DNA of 64,000 nucleotides, taken from contig JBBISH010000003.1 in assembly GCA_037441385.1 (NCBI GenBank), positions 102,045 to 166,044 on the forward strand, given 5' to 3'. Positions 1-11,292 of the stretch are shown piece after piece; within the stretch, counting starts at the first letter, position 1, and the number at the start of each line of letters is the position of its first letter. The notes beneath the pieces were generated by a model, which had not been told where the DNA came from, did not search any database, and was given only the letters and a program-made list of their open reading frames with translations. Position numbers and translations under genes: made by a program. This stretch comes from Myxococcales bacterium (GTDB lineage Bacteria; Myxococcota_A; UBA9042).

Positions 1-317
1 TCCGTGAAGAACGGCTTGGGCGGCACCAGCAACGTGTTCGCGTAGACCAGCGAACCGCCGCCCACGCCCACGCCCGACAGCACCAACACGTCGTCTAGCA
101 AGGTGATCTTCAGGATGCCGACGCAATAGGCCAGGGGCGCCCACAGCGAACGGAACAAGTTCCAGTTGGACTTGGGAAAATCCTTGGCGGCCCAGCGCTT
201 GCCGCGCTCGACCACGATCACCTTGTAGCCTTTTTCGCTGAGCCGCAGGGCCGACACCGACCCGCCGAAGCCCGAGCCGATTACCAGTACATCGCAATCG
301 AACCGCGCTTCTTCCAT
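1..317 (-). CDS. GMC-family FAD oxidoreductase (cholesterol oxidase-like), N-terminal part, runs off window
   Basis: Manual translation from ATG at 317: [39 protein letters not shown]...[11 protein letters not shown] (GxGxxG and GGGSxxY motifs). Confidence 0.85.
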   Translation of the reverse strand, partial: MEEARFDCDVLVIGSGFGGSVSALRLSEKGYKVIVVERGKRWAAKDFPKSNWNLFRSLWAPLAYCVGILKITLLDDVLVLSGVGVGGGSLVYANTLLVPPKPFFT

Positions 318-333
318 GTGGGCTCCTGGGCGG

Positions 334-2055
334 CTACTTCCCCTCGCTGGCCTTGGTGTCCGGGGCCTCGCCGTGGGCGATGTAGGCGCGCGCGTGTTTC
401 CAACCGTAGTACTTCGTCGCGTAGTCCAGCACCATGCGCCGCGCCGAGAACTGGGGCGCCGTGGCGACCGCAGCCATCTGCATCTTCCGCCAGGCGGCCT
501 TCTCGCCATAATACGTTGGAAGCACGCGCTGTTCCAGGGCACTATACAGGGCCTCGGCGTCGCGATCGTCGTCGCGGACCTCTTCGTCTTGGCCGATCGC
601 CCAGCCGTTCCAGCCGTCGACGCAGCCCTCGGCCCACCAGCCGTCCAGCACGCTCAGGTTGGGCACGCCGTTCAGCGCCGCCTTCATGCCCGAGGTTCCG
701 CAGGCCTCCAGCGGACGGACAGGGTTGTTCAACCACACATCCACGCCGGCGGTCAGCTTGTGCCCCAGCCACATGTTGTAGTTGGTCAAGAAGCCGATCC
801 GCAGCTCGCCGCGCAGCTTGTGCGACATGGCCAGGATGTCGCGGACCAGCTTGCGGCCCTCGCCGTCCTTGTCGTGCGCCTTGCCGGCAAACAGGATCTG
901 CAGCTTGCCGCCCGCCAGGCCGATCAAGCGGTCCAGGTTGCGGAAGACCAGGTTGGCGCGCTTGTAGCTGGCCATGCGCCGGGCAAAGCCAATGGTCAGC
1001 ACGTCGGGGTCAAAGCCCAGCTGGGTCATGCCGTTGGCGTACTCCAGCAGTTCCATCTTGGCGCGGCGGCGGGCGCGGGTGAACGCCTCTGGGTCCACAC
1101 CGCCAATGTGGTGCAGCACTTCGTGGTTGTCGCGCCAGCCGTGCAGGTGGTAGTCGAACAGCGCACCCATTTCCGGCGCGACCCAGGTGTCGAAGTGCAC
1201 GCCGTTGGTCACCGCCTCGATCTCCAACGGCGCCGGGCGACCTTCGCTGAGGTGCGCCGAGGTGAACAGCGGATTGGCCACGCGCGCGTTGATCACCGAC
1301 ACGCCGTTGACGTGGTCGGCCAGCGAGGCGGCCAGCCACGCCATGTTTAGCGTCTCGGCCCCGCCCAAGTGCGCGACTTTGGGCGGCACGTGCAGGCCCA
1401 CGATACGCTGGACATCGCGGTGATCAAAGCGATCGAAGCCCGCTGGCACCGGCGTGTGGGTGGTAAAGTGAACGCGCTTGCGCGTCTCGGCCACCGAACC
1501 GATGTCCTTGAGCATCGCCGCCGCGAACAGCGCGGTGTGGCCTTCGTTCAGGTGCGCGTACAGATCCTCGTTGTAGCCCAAAGCCTTGATCGCCTCGTAG
1601 CCGCCCAGGCCCAGCACGGCTTCTTGGCGAAGGCGGTTCAGCACGTCGCCGCCGTACAGCAGGTTGGACACCGGGCGCCACACGGGCGAGTTGCCTTCGA
1701 CGTCGGTGTCCAAGAACAGCACGGGCACGCCATGGCCGTGGCGACCGCGCACCCACCGGCGCCAGATCTTGATGCGCACGATCTCGGCCTCGAGTTCAAG
1801 CTGCACAACCGTGCCCGTGTCCTCCAGCACATCGGCCGGATCACAAAGCGGAAAGTCCAGGTGCTGCTCGCCGTAGACGTCGACCGACTGCATGCCATAG
1901 CCCTGCTTGTAGAACAGGGTCACGCCGATCAACGGCAGTCCGACATCGGCCGCGGCCTTGACATGATCGCCGGCCAAGACGCCCAGGCCGCCGGAATAGG
2001 TAGGAACTGCCGTGGTGAGACCGATTTCGGCGGTGACGTATGCAATATGCCTCAC
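334..2055 (-). CDS. glgP: alpha-glucan (glycogen/maltodextrin) phosphorylase
   Basis: [47 protein letters not shown] (PLP lysine). Confidence 0.95.
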   Translation of the reverse strand: MRHIAYVTAEIGLTTAVPTYSGGLGVLAGDHVKAAADVGLPLIGVTLFYKQGYGMQSVDVYGEQHLDFPLCDPADVLEDTGTVVQLELEAEIVRIKIWRRWVRGRHGHGVPVLFLDTDVEGNSPVWRPVSNLLYGGDVLNRLRQEAVLGLGGYEAIKALGYNEDLYAHLNEGHTALFAAAMLKDIGSVAETRKRVHFTTHTPVPAGFDRFDHRDVQRIVGLHVPPKVAHLGGAETLNMAWLAASLADHVNGVSVINARVANPLFTSAHLSEGRPAPLEIEAVTNGVHFDTWVAPEMGALFDYHLHGWRDNHEVLHHIGGVDPEAFTRARRRAKMELLEYANGMTQLGFDPDVLTIGFARRMASYKRANLVFRNLDRLIGLAGGKLQILFAGKAHDKDGEGRKLVRDILAMSHKLRGELRIGFLTNYNMWLGHKLTAGVDVWLNNPVRPLEACGTSGMKAALNGVPNLSVLDGWWAEGCVDGWNGWAIGQDEEVRDDDRDAEALYSALEQRVLPTYYGEKAAWRKMQMAAVATAPQFSARRMVLDYATKYYGWKHARAYIAHGEAPDTKASEGK

Positions 2056-2085
2056 GAGATATACTCCTTGTTGCTTGCGAACTTG

Positions 2086-3084
2086 TTAGTACGGACGGTA
2101 GCCCGGTGCATAGCCTGGGGGATAGGTGCCTGGGGGATAGGTGCCCGGGGGATAGGCGCCCGGCGGATAGGCGCCCGGCGGATAGGCGCCCGGCGGTGGA
2201 TAGGGAGGAGGAGGGGGCGCTGGGCGAAAACTGCGACTTTTCAGCATGTCCCAGCTTGGCCACGTGATCGATAGGCCGATCAGGCCCATGACCGGCGGCA
2301 GGTTGAATTGGGCCGAAAGCGTGCCCTTCTGGTTTTGCTGCACGACAAAGTTGGCGTCGCTGAGGACATGGAAGTCCTTGCTCGTCACGCGCCCTTGCGA
2401 ATCGTAGCCGCCTTGCGTCGCGGTGATCACCAGGTCTTCGGATCGCGAGCTGCCCTGCGTCAGGCGCGCCGACACCTGGACAAAGGCGTGCGCCCACCAG
2501 GCCAAGGTGTATTCCGCGCCGCCGGTCAAGTACCAACCGGTGCGACTCTCTTTGGAGGTGTACTTGACCGCGTCGCCGTTCTGGATGATGGCGTTGCCGA
2601 TGCTCACCGGGTCCTGGATCGCCAGCTTGTAGTTGGCCTCTACCTTGGCGTCTAGATTGAGCCAGCTGATGCCCGCCAACGCGCGCAGACGGCCGTCGCC
2701 GCTGGCCAGCGGGTGCTTGTACAGCGCGTCGACTTGCAGCATGTCCAGGTTGGCTTCGCTGGACAGACCCGGCGCAACCACAAGCCGTGCAAAGGGGAAA
2801 TCGAGCCCCAGCGGAATCTGCGTCATGCTACCCGTGGGACCGACCTTGCCGCTTTGCGGGGCCAGTTTGACCGGCAGCGTGAAGGCCTTGCCGGACCAAC
2901 CCGGCGGGCTCGTCGCGACCATGTCGACGCCAGAAAACGTATACGCGCCGTCCACTTTGGGGGTCATGACGGTCTGCTGTACGCCCACGCTGCAGCCAGC
3001 AACGGCCGCTGCGACGAGCAGGGCGGTACTGGCCCTGACCAGACTGCGCCGCATTCCGATTGCGCCTGCCACGCCGGTCGGCAT
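2086..3084 (-). CDS. lipoprotein, beta-strand-rich, Pro/Tyr-rich C-terminal tail
   Basis: Lipobox VAGC; alternating beta-strand pattern; PPG(A/T)Y tail repeats. Confidence 0.7.
   Translation of the reverse strand: MPTGVAGAIGMRRSLVRASTALLVAAAVAGCSVGVQQTVMTPKVDGAYTFSGVDMVATSPPGWSGKAFTLPVKLAPQSGKVGPTGSMTQIPLGLDFPFARLVVAPGLSSEANLDMLQVDALYKHPLASGDGRLRALAGISWLNLDAKVEANYKLAIQDPVSIGNAIIQNGDAVKYTSKESRTGWYLTGGAEYTLAWWAHAFVQVSARLTQGSSRSEDLVITATQGGYDSQGRVTSKDFHVLSDANFVVQQNQKGTLSAQFNLPPVMGLIGLSITWPSWDMLKSRSFRPAPPPPPYPPPGAYPPGAYPPGAYPPGTYPPGTYPPGYAPGYRPY
2109..2203 (-). repeat. 15-nt coding tandem repeat (PPGAY/PPGTY)
   Basis: ggataggcgcccggc-like units in tandem; boundaries approximate. Confidence 0.85.
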
Positions 3085-3085
3085 C

Positions 3086-3580
3086 TCAGACCTCGTCCAA
3101 AGAGTGGATCAGACGGGGACCGCGATCGACCGGTGCGGGCGCCGCGGCGTCGCCGCTACCGCCGGTCAGCTGCGCGTATTCCCAGATCATGTCGTTCAGA
3201 AGCGCAACGGCTTCGCTGGGATCCACCGCTTCGGCCGGCATGCGCCGGCACAGGACCACGGCGACCTCGTCTTCGTTGATCGGCAGCAAGCCCAGCGAGC
3301 AAGTCATCAGGCGCGGGTTCAGGGCAAACAGCGAAACCCCGCCGTCGGCCGCCGCAGCCTCTTCCCAGGGCCCCACGATGACGGCGCACAACAGCGCAAC
3401 CCCCACTGCTGCATCGGGCTCTAGGACCAGAATGCACGTGGCTTCGTGGCCGGGGTGGACAAACGACAGTGCTACGGCGTCGGTGGCGGCGTCCAGGTCG
3501 ACGGCGACGTCTGGAATCGCAGCCTCTACGGCCTGCTGCAGGCGCTCGCCTAGTTGCTGCAAGTTGAACACGAACGTCAC
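3086..3580 (-). CDS. small acidic hypothetical protein (YbjN/CesT-chaperone-like pattern)
   Basis: GTG at 3580; stop is adjacent to next ATG; LFALN and LCRRMPAE pattern resembles this fold. Confidence 0.55.
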   Translation of the reverse strand: MTFVFNLQQLGERLQQAVEAAIPDVAVDLDAATDAVALSFVHPGHEATCILVLEPDAAVGVALLCAVIVGPWEEAAAADGGVSLFALNPRLMTCSLGLLPINEDEVAVVLCRRMPAEAVDPSEAVALLNDMIWEYAQLTGGSGDAAAPAPVDRGPRLIHSLDEV

Positions 3581-3767
3581 CGCGCGGGCGCTGGCCCAGG
3601 CGCAGGGTACGGGGTTGCCGGGCACGAGACAAGTCCGGCGCCGCTGTGCGAGTTGAAGGTTTTGCGGCAGCGTCGCATGATCGCGGCGGCCGTGAATCGA
3701 ATGCGCTGCGTCGGCGTAGAAGGGCCAGCGGCGTTGCGCGCCCAGCCGATCGCGATCAGGGGGTTCC

Positions 3768-4778
3768 ATGCAGGGTATCGGTGCAGCGATCGCAAAGAAG
3801 GGTTGGCGGCTCGGCCCGACCGTCGCAGCACTGGCGGCACTGCTCACGCTCGCCAGTTGCGGAACCAGCACCGTGAGCATGATGGCCGTGCGGCCCGCCA
3901 TCCTGAACGCGCAGGCGTACGGCGGCACCGTCAGCGTCGCGGGCTTTGCGCCGGCCCACCCGGACTATGCACTCATTTCCGGGCAGTTCCGCAACGAAGT
4001 CGCCGAACGGATCGCCGGCGGCGTGGGCGGAACGGTCCGGCTCTTGGAGTACGGCGGCGGCCTGGTGATCAGCGGCCGGGTCGAGGCGTATACCGCGCAG
4101 CTGCACGCCCACGAGCGCCTGACGACCTGCACCGACAGCGTCAGCGTGGACGGCGGAAAATCGAGCGCAACCAAGAATATCGAGCGCCCATGCGCTTGGC
4201 GCTGGCTCGACTGGCAATGCAGGGTGGTGGTCACGGCCCAGGTCACCGATCCGTCAGGCCGCGTGCTGATCATCCGGCCGATTTCGTACGAACGCAGCGG
4301 CAGCACGACCCAAGTGCGCGACGCAGCCCCAGTACCCCCCAACTTGCACCCGATCCTGCAGGAATTGCGCTTGCGTGCCGCCGAAGAGGTGGCCTGGTTG
4401 GTCACGCCGCACCACGAGCGGGTCAACGCCGTCTTCTACGACTGCCAGAAGCCCGCCACGGCTGCGTGCGAATTCGGCGTCAAGCGCATGGCCGAGGCCC
4501 GCTACGACGAGGCGGTGGCTGCCTTTACAGACGCCCTGGCACAGCTGGAGCGGGCGGGCGCTTCGGCGGCGGATCGCGCCAAAGTGCTATGGAACCGGGC
4601 GATTGTGCTGCAATTCTCGCGACGCTTCGACGAGGCAGTCGCGGACCTGCAAGCCGCCCATCGGCTGGATCCGCAGGACGAATACCGCGATCAAATCGCC
4701 GTGGTCGAGCGCGAGCGCGCCGCCCACCAACAGCTTCTGGAACAGGGTCTGGGGCCACAGCCGCAGGCACCAAAGTAG
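3768..4778 (+). CDS. TPR-containing lipoprotein
   Basis: Lipobox LASC; C-terminal TPR helices (RYDEAVAAF, RFDEAVADLQAAHRLDP). Confidence 0.8.
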   Translation: MQGIGAAIAKKGWRLGPTVAALAALLTLASCGTSTVSMMAVRPAILNAQAYGGTVSVAGFAPAHPDYALISGQFRNEVAERIAGGVGGTVRLLEYGGGLVISGRVEAYTAQLHAHERLTTCTDSVSVDGGKSSATKNIERPCAWRWLDWQCRVVVTAQVTDPSGRVLIIRPISYERSGSTTQVRDAAPVPPNLHPILQELRLRAAEEVAWLVTPHHERVNAVFYDCQKPATAACEFGVKRMAEARYDEAVAAFTDALAQLERAGASAADRAKVLWNRAIVLQFSRRFDEAVADLQAAHRLDPQDEYRDQIAVVERERAAHQQLLEQGLGPQPQAPK

Positions 4779-4782
4779 GCGT

Positions 4783-6153
4783 ATGAACGAAGCAATCGTC
4801 TCGCACGACGGACCAGGTCACGCCTGGCTGGCCAGCTTGGGCCGCCGCGGCATGGAGCTTGGTCTGCAGCGCATCCAGACCCTGCTGCAGCGCTTGGGCG
4901 CGCCGCAACAGGCTTTTGCAGTCGTCGCGGTGGCCGGCACGGACGGCAAGGGTTCCACGTCGGCGATGTTGGCGAGCCTGTTGCAAGCGGCCGAGTTGAA
5001 GGTAGGGCACTACACCTCGCCGCACCTGCTCGAGACACGCGAACGCGTGGCGGTGAACGGAGTTGCAACGACGGCCGAAGCGCTGGATCGAGCGCTTGCG
5101 CAGGTGCAGGGCGCGTGCCACACCGATCTCGATCCCACGCCCTTCGAAGCGCTGACTGCGGCCGCCCTGCTGATCTTTGCTTCCGATCACGTCGACGTGG
5201 CCGTGCTCGAAGTGGGCCTGGGCGGCCGCCTGGACGCGGTGAACGCCACCGAGCCGGTGGTGAGCGTGATCACCCACTTGGACTACGACCACGTGGCGGT
5301 GTTGGGGCACAGCCTGCAGCAAATCGCCTGGGAAAAGGCGGCGATCGCTCGCGACGGCCGAGCGCTGGTGTGCGCCCAACCGGGCCTGATCAAGCCGGCT
5401 CTGCGCAAGCACGGACTGGTGCCGCGCCTGCTGACCTTGGGCCACGACATCGTGGTGCAGCAACCCGGCGACTTGCATCGGCAATGGCTCTCGCGGGCGC
5501 AACTGGCTGGCCCCGCCCTGGGCGACTCGCTGCCGATCGAGCTGAGCCTGCCAGGCGCACATCAGCTGGACAATGCCGCCCTGGCCGCCCTGGCCTACCT
5601 GGCCTTTGCCGAATGGTGGCTGGGTATGCACAGCAAGTCCTTGCCGCCGCTCGACGAAGTGACGCCGGCCCTGGCCGAGGTGGCCTGGCCGCTGCGGGCC
5701 GAGATCTTGGGCACCGAGCCGCTGGTGGTGGCCGACGCCGCGCACAATCCCTCTGGGATCGCGGCCTTTGCCGAGTGGCTGGGCGCGCGCGGCCGCGGTT
5801 GGCAGATCATGTTGGCGGTCCGCAATGATCGCGACGCCGAGCAGCTGCTGCGGCACTTGGCGCCGGTCACCGCATGTTTCTGGTTGCCAAGGTGTACGGG
5901 CACCACGCTGCGAACCGCCGAGGAACTGGCCGAATTGGTGGATCGCGTGGCGCCGGCCTGTGCGGTCGCGGTAGGATCGGCCCACAAGTGCTTGGAACAG
6001 GCCCGCCGCGAGGTGGGCAAAGGACCGGGGGTGGCCATCACCGGCAGCCAGCACGCCCTGGGCGAGTGGCTCAAGACCGGGGTGCTGGCCAGCCCGCAAC
6101 TGAATCGCCGGTTGGCCTTGGCCAAGGAGCCGGCAATAAAATCGGCAGGTTAG
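4783..6153 (+). CDS. folC: folylpolyglutamate/dihydrofolate synthase
   Basis: VAGTDGKGST, YTSPHL, EVGLGGRLDAVN, DAAHNP; ATG at 4783. Confidence 0.93.
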   Translation: MNEAIVSHDGPGHAWLASLGRRGMELGLQRIQTLLQRLGAPQQAFAVVAVAGTDGKGSTSAMLASLLQAAELKVGHYTSPHLLETRERVAVNGVATTAEALDRALAQVQGACHTDLDPTPFEALTAAALLIFASDHVDVAVLEVGLGGRLDAVNATEPVVSVITHLDYDHVAVLGHSLQQIAWEKAAIARDGRALVCAQPGLIKPALRKHGLVPRLLTLGHDIVVQQPGDLHRQWLSRAQLAGPALGDSLPIELSLPGAHQLDNAALAALAYLAFAEWWLGMHSKSLPPLDEVTPALAEVAWPLRAEILGTEPLVVADAAHNPSGIAAFAEWLGARGRGWQIMLAVRNDRDAEQLLRHLAPVTACFWLPRCTGTTLRTAEELAELVDRVAPACAVAVGSAHKCLEQARREVGKGPGVAITGSQHALGEWLKTGVLASPQLNRRLALAKEPAIKSAG

Positions 6154-6251
6154 TAGGGCGGCGCGGTGCCTACCCCTACCTACCGCGCGAGCGACCCTGG
6201 GCGGAGGGTCGGAGCCTCGCAGACGGCCGCCCGACGACAGAGGAGTGACCC

Positions 6252-6530
6252 ATGCATCTGCTCAAGATCCTCATGACCCTGGCCATCGGTACCGCCCTGG
6301 CGCTGCCCGCGTACGCGGACGGCCGTGGCGGCGGCAATCCCAACCCCGGCGCGGCTCCGGCGGCGGGCGCGGCCCCGGCTCCGGCCAAGGACGCCCGCAG
6401 CGGCGGTGGCACGACGGCTCCGGCCGCGGCCAAAGACAGCCGCAAGGGCGGCGGCGGCGAGATGAAGGAAGGCAAGCCGGCCAAGGTCAAGAAGGAAAAG
6501 AAGGCCAAGAAGGCCAAGAAGGCCAAGTAG
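6252..6530 (+). CDS. small secreted Ala/Pro/Lys-rich protein
   Basis: GAGGAG RBS, signal peptide ending AYA, Lys-rich tail. Confidence 0.7.
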   Translation: MHLLKILMTLAIGTALALPAYADGRGGGNPNPGAAPAAGAAPAPAKDARSGGGTTAPAAAKDSRKGGGGEMKEGKPAKVKKEKKAKKAKKAK

Positions 6531-6597
6531 CACCCGCGCCGCGATCGCGACCGGCCGACCGCTTGGCAGGCCGGTCGCGATCGGCGAAGCTTGCGGC

Positions 6598-7056
6598 ATG
6601 GCGCGCGCGATCATCGGCATAACTCGTCTCCATCCCGGGCGCGACGCCGATCTGCCGCTGCCGCGCTACATGACGAGCGGTGCCGCCGGCGCCGATGTCG
6701 TGGCAGCACTCGACGCCCCAATCACCTTACAACCACTTGAGCGCACAGCTATTTCGACTGGCCTCGCCCTGGCAATTCCGCCGGGCTTTGAAGTGCAGGT
6801 ACGTCCGCGATCCGGCCTAGCCCTGAAAAGCGGCCTGACGATTTTGAACGCCCCCGGCACGATCGACAGCGACTATCGGGGCGAGTTGCGCATCCTACTC
6901 GTGAACCTGGGCCACGAGCCGGCGCAAGTGGCCCGCGGCGATCGCATTGCCCAGTTGGTGATGGCAAAAGTGGAACAGGCCGAGTTTGAGGAAGTTGCCA
7001 GCCTCTCTGCCACGGAACGCGGGCAGGGAGGGTTCGGCTCGACGGGGCAGAAGTGA
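6598..7056 (+). CDS. dut: dUTP diphosphatase
   Basis: [33 protein letters not shown]. Confidence 0.97.
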   Translation: MARAIIGITRLHPGRDADLPLPRYMTSGAAGADVVAALDAPITLQPLERTAISTGLALAIPPGFEVQVRPRSGLALKSGLTILNAPGTIDSDYRGELRILLVNLGHEPAQVARGDRIAQLVMAKVEQAEFEEVASLSATERGQGGFGSTGQK

Positions 7057-9680
7057 TCCAGCATCGCCACACAATTCGGGGTTTGCTGGCCGTGGTCGGG
7101 TTGGTGCTGGCTGCGCTCGTCGCGGCCCCGCTGGCCTGGGCCGCCGAGCCGCCAGCGCCCGTGGAACCGCCCCAACTGGTCAAGCCCGTGGAACCGACGT
7201 ACCCGGCCGAACTGGCCGGGCGGGGTGTGGCCGGCAACGTTGTCGTCGAGATCGACATCGACGCGACGGGCGCAGTCGTCGCGGCCAAAGTGGTCGAGTC
7301 GGCGGGGCCCGAATTTGACGCGGCGGCCTTGGCCGCGGCCAAACAGCTGCAGTGGCGGCCGGCCAGCCAGGGTGGCAAGGCCATCCCGGTGCGCATCCGT
7401 TATCGATTTGCCTTCCGTCCGCCCGTGCCGGCCGAGCGTCGTGGGCCGGCCGGGTCACAAGGCCGCTATGATCGGCGCGAGGTGGAAGTAGCGCCCGCGG
7501 GCGCGAGCAGCCTGGAGGGCGCCGTGATCGAACGCGGCACCGGGCGCCCCGTGGTCGCCGCGCCCGTCGCCGTGCCGGCCCTGGGGGTCGAGACCACCAC
7601 CGACAGCGATGGCCGGTTCCGGTTTGGCCTACTCAAACCGGGCACCTACGAGTTGTACCTGCCCGGCACCGACCACAAACCGCTGCGTCAGACCGTCGCC
7701 ATTGCCGGCAAGGGCACGCTGACGGTGCGGCTCAAGGTCGAACGCCTCTCGTACACGATCTACCGGGCCACCGCCCAAGCGCCACAAGAGGCCGGCGAGA
7801 CCTCGCGGCGGAGCCTGGGCGTCGAGGAAATTCAGCGCATTCCCGGCACTCAGGGCGACGCGTTCAAAGTGGTGTCGAATTTGCCTGGTGTGGCGCGGCC
7901 GGTGGCCGGCTCGGGCTTCTTGGTCGTGCGCGGTTCGGCGCCGCAAGACACCTTGATCACGGTCGAAGGCGTCCACATTCCGCTAATTTACCACTTTGGC
8001 GGGGTGTACTCGATCCTCAACACCGACCTGCTCGAGAGCATCGACTTCTACCCCGGCGGCTATCCGGTGCGCTACGGACGGCAGTCCGGCGGCCTGATCA
8101 ATGCCCGGCTGGCGACCCCGCGCGAGCTGGACGGCTGGCACGGTTATGCCGAGGCCAACGTCTTTCACGCCGGCTTCCTGCTCAAGGGCCCGCTCGGCAA
8201 GGACACCCAGCTGACGCTGGCGGCACGGCGCTCGTACATCGATGCGTTCTTGAGCTTGGAGCCCATCGCCAAGCTGCTGCCCCTGACGCTGGCGCCGCGC
8301 TACTACGACTATCAAGCCAAGCTGGACCATACGTTTTCCGAGCGGACCTCGGCGACGATGTTCTGGTTCGGCAGCGACGACAGCCTGACCGCCGTGCTGG
8401 CCAACCCACCGGCCGCCTTCCCGCAAGCGCGCGGCGACATCGAGACCCGCACCTCGTTCCACACCCTGCTGGGGATCCTGCGCCACCGCGGCGACGGCTG
8501 GACCTCGACCACCACGCTGGCCGGGACCTTGGGCACAGGCAACGCCAACTTTGCCGATCTGTTCCGATTTGACCTGTTCAATCGCGAATACACCCTGCGC
8601 CAGGACTTCACGGTTGGCGACGGCCCGGTCCAGCTTCGGCCCGGCTTGGACATCCTGTGCAACCCCTTCAGCATCGAAGTCTATGCACCGCCCATCCCGG
8701 GCACCGGCGAGCGAGGCACCGGCGGCGGTGGCCCCGGGGGGATCCCGCGCAGCATTCTGGCCAAACAAGAAGGTATCCTGATCGCGCCGTCTGCGTACTT
8801 CGACAGTGTTTTCAAGCTGCGGCCGGGGTTGGAGGTGGTGCCGGGCCTGCGACTGGACCTCTTCCGCGGACTCTCGGGCGGCGAGGGCCTGACCCCGCGC
8901 CTGAACACCCGCTGGACGGCAATGCCGGGGCTGACGCTCAAGCTGGCGTCGGGGATGGCGCTGCAGCGGCCGCAGCCCCAGGAGCTGAGTGATCGCTTTG
9001 GCAATCCGAACTTGCAGCCCTTCCGCAGCTACGAGACCGCGGGCGGAGCCGAGTGGAAGGTCAGCGAAGCCGTGGACCTGGACGTGCAGGTGTTCCGCAA
9101 AGATCTTCGCGATTTGGTCATCTACCCCAAGGGCGTGGTCGCCCAGAAGCCCATCAACGCCGGGCGCGGTTGGATCACGGGCGCCGAGGTGCTGCTGCGC
9201 CACCGACCGGTGGGGCGCTTCTTTGGCTGGATCGCCTACACGCTGCAACGTGCTGAGCGACAGGATCGGCCGGGCGACCCGGTGCGGCTGTTCGGCTGGG
9301 ATCAAACCCACATCTTGACGCTGCTGGGGTCCTACAAGCTGCCCGACAACTGGGAAGTGGGCCTGCGTTTCCGCTATGTGACGGGCAACCCCACCACGCC
9401 CGTGGTGACTGCGGTCTACAACGAGCAGACCGACACCTACACGCGGGTGCAATCGCCCAATCTGCTGAGCGAACGTCTGCCGGGCTTCCACCAGCTCGAC
9501 GTGCGAATCGATAAGAAGTTCGTTTTCGACAGTTGGCTACTGAACGTATACCTGGATGTGCAAAACGTCTACAACCACGGTAACCCAGAGAATATCCAAT
9601 ACAACTACGATGCGACCCAGTATACCTACGCCACGGGCCTGCCGATCATCCCGAGCCTGGGCATTCGCGGCGAATTCTAG
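7053..9680 (+). CDS. TonB-dependent receptor with N-terminal TonB C-terminal domain and carboxypeptidase-regulatory-like domain
   Basis: Signal peptide; [14 protein letters not shown]onB_C pattern; plug (NLPGV, VRG, GG.I); barrel ending GIRGEF. Confidence 0.9.
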   Translation: MIQHRHTIRGLLAVVGLVLAALVAAPLAWAAEPPAPVEPPQLVKPVEPTYPAELAGRGVAGNVVVEIDIDATGAVVAAKVVESAGPEFDAAALAAAKQLQWRPASQGGKAIPVRIRYRFAFRPPVPAERRGPAGSQGRYDRREVEVAPAGASSLEGAVIERGTGRPVVAAPVAVPALGVETTTDSDGRFRFGLLKPGTYELYLPGTDHKPLRQTVAIAGKGTLTVRLKVERLSYTIYRATAQAPQEAGETSRRSLGVEEIQRIPGTQGDAFKVVSNLPGVARPVAGSGFLVVRGSAPQDTLITVEGVHIPLIYHFGGVYSILNTDLLESIDFYPGGYPVRYGRQSGGLINARLATPRELDGWHGYAEANVFHAGFLLKGPLGKDTQLTLAARRSYIDAFLSLEPIAKLLPLTLAPRYYDYQAKLDHTFSERTSATMFWFGSDDSLTAVLANPPAAFPQARGDIETRTSFHTLLGILRHRGDGWTSTTTLAGTLGTGNANFADLFRFDLFNREYTLRQDFTVGDGPVQLRPGLDILCNPFSIEVYAPPIPGTGERGTGGGGPGGIPRSILAKQEGILIAPSAYFDSVFKLRPGLEVVPGLRLDLFRGLSGGEGLTPRLNTRWTAMPGLTLKLASGMALQRPQPQELSDRFGNPNLQPFRSYETAGGAEWKVSEAVDLDVQVFRKDLRDLVIYPKGVVAQKPINAGRGWITGAEVLLRHRPVGRFFGWIAYTLQRAERQDRPGDPVRLFGWDQTHILTLLGSYKLPDNWEVGLRFRYVTGNPTTPVVTAVYNEQTDTYTRVQSPNLLSERLPGFHQLDVRIDKKFVFDSWLLNVYLDVQNVYNHGNPENIQYNYDATQYTYATGLPIIPSLGIRGEF

Positions 9681-9802
9681 TATCGTCAGCTAGTTGCGCT
9701 CCGCCCAGCTACCTCGAAGCACAAACATTGTCGCCGGCAAACGCCTGTGCTAGCGTGGCCAACCGCTGCCAACTCCACGGCGCGACGCGGATCCCCAATG
9801 GG

Positions 9803-9872
9803 TTCTGCGTCGTGCGCTTCTGCATCGTGGAGTTCTGCACCATCAAGTTCTGCACCATCAAGTTCTGCACTG
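9803..9872. repeat. intergenic 15-nt tandem repeat, 5 units
   Basis: ttctgc at 9803, 9818, 9833, 9848 and 9863. Confidence 0.85.
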
Positions 9873-9957
9873 CGCGGACTTGGCGTGCAGGTCTGCTGCC
9901 AGTCGGCGCGGCTTGGCAGCGCAACGACCGCTAGACGCAACCTCCGGTAGAGCGACG

Positions 9958-10521
9958 ATGGGAACCGGTCCTGTGGAATTGCTGAGCAGTCTGCCCGTCA
10001 TGGCCAAACTGGACGACGTGGGTCGCCAGGAGCTGCGGCGGTGGCTGCGCATCATCCCAGTGGACGTCGGCGAGGTCGTGTTCCGGCAAGGCGAGCGCGG
10101 CGGTGCGCTGCTGTGGGTTCTGCAAGGCATCGTCCGCCTGGAGGCCGCCGATCACGAGGGGCAGAGCCGCACGATTTGCAGCGCCCTGCCCGGCGAAGTG
10201 ATCGGCGAACTCGCCTACGGCGAACTGTGCACCCGAGCCACCACGGCCATTGCCGCCAGTGCGGTGGTGCTGGCCGAGCTGACGGACTCGGATCTTACCC
10301 TGATCGAGCGGCGGTCGCCGCGGGTGGCTTCGCAAGTGATTTCTTGCCTGACGGCGTGCAACCTGCGGCGGTTGCGCCACATCAACCGCGAGCTGGACCA
10401 GGTGGTCGAGCGCCACATCGCCCAGCCCGTGCGGTCGCCCACGGCCGAAGTCGCGCAGGGGACCAGCGCCGCACGACTCTGGGCGCGGCTGGCAGGGCGC
10501 AGGCCCGGGCAAGGGGAGTAG
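9958..10521 (+). CDS. cyclic nucleotide-binding domain protein
   Basis: GEVVFRQGE, GEVIGELA...RATTAIA. Confidence 0.85.
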   Translation: MGTGPVELLSSLPVMAKLDDVGRQELRRWLRIIPVDVGEVVFRQGERGGALLWVLQGIVRLEAADHEGQSRTICSALPGEVIGELAYGELCTRATTAIAASAVVLAELTDSDLTLIERRSPRVASQVISCLTACNLRRLRHINRELDQVVERHIAQPVRSPTAEVAQGTSAARLWARLAGRRPGQGE

Positions 10522-10527
10522 GCCAGC

Positions 10528-11214
10528 ATGGGACAGGCGGTCCTAGAGCAGTTGCGCGCCAATCCGGCGACGGCCAAGTGGCCTGAAGCGGACTTGCGCG
10601 TTCTGGCAGGCGCCGTGGTCATCGAGCGCCACCGCCAAGGCACTGAACTTTGCCGGCAAGGGCGGCCGGGGGCCTGTTGCTGGCTGATCATGGACGGCAA
10701 GTTGGAAGTAGTGCGCGCCGTGGCCGGCCATCGCATGGAGGTCGCGCGGGCCAGCGTGGGCGAGTGGGTTGGTCAGCTGGCGCTCATCGACGGCGCTCCC
10801 CGGTCGGCTACAGTGATCGCGGCAACGGACATCGAGGTCCTGGTCATGACGCGCGACGTCTTTGAGCAACTGCTCGCGTCGCAAGCCCCAGTGGCGTTGC
10901 GCTTCCAGCGACACGTCTCGATGACCGCAAGCGTGAACTTGCGCGCCGCCACGGAGCACTTGGCCAAGGTCCACGGCCTGATCGCGCGCCATGGCCATTT
11001 GTCGCCGGCCGACCTGTACACGGTTCGCGAGCGCCGTGGGGTGGCTCGTCCATCGCACCATGGCATCCTGTGGACCCAGCCGCAGCTCGAACACCAAGCC
11101 GAGGCCGCCAAGGCCAAGCGCAGCGGGGACGAACGCAAGGGGGACGAGCGCAGCGGGGACGAACGCAAGGGGGACGAGCGCAGCGGGTACGAGCGCAAGG
11201 GGGACGAGCGGTAG
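10528..11214 (+). CDS. cyclic nucleotide-binding domain protein
   Basis: GTELCRQG, GEWVGQLALIDGAPRSATVIA. Confidence 0.88.
   Translation: MGQAVLEQLRANPATAKWPEADLRVLAGAVVIERHRQGTELCRQGRPGACCWLIMDGKLEVVRAVAGHRMEVARASVGEWVGQLALIDGAPRSATVIAATDIEVLVMTRDVFEQLLASQAPVALRFQRHVSMTASVNLRAATEHLAKVHGLIARHGHLSPADLYTVRERRGVARPSHHGILWTQPQLEHQAEAAKAKRSGDERKGDERSGDERKGDERSGYERKGDER
11119..11208 (+). repeat. 15-nt coding tandem repeat R(S/K)G(D/Y)E x6
   Basis: Alternating cgcagcggggacgaa / cgcaagggggacgag units. Confidence 0.9.
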
Positions 11215-11292
11215 CCGCGGCGACGGGCAAACTCGCCAAGCCAGCCAGCGCGTGGACGGCGTGCCCGGCCATGGGCCGCAAGCAGGCCGCCG

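Noticed and set aside
9677..9934. CTAG-flanked segment with a GTTGCGCT/AGCGCAAC inverted repeat as a MITE
   Set aside because: Inverted repeat is short and not terminal; single copy
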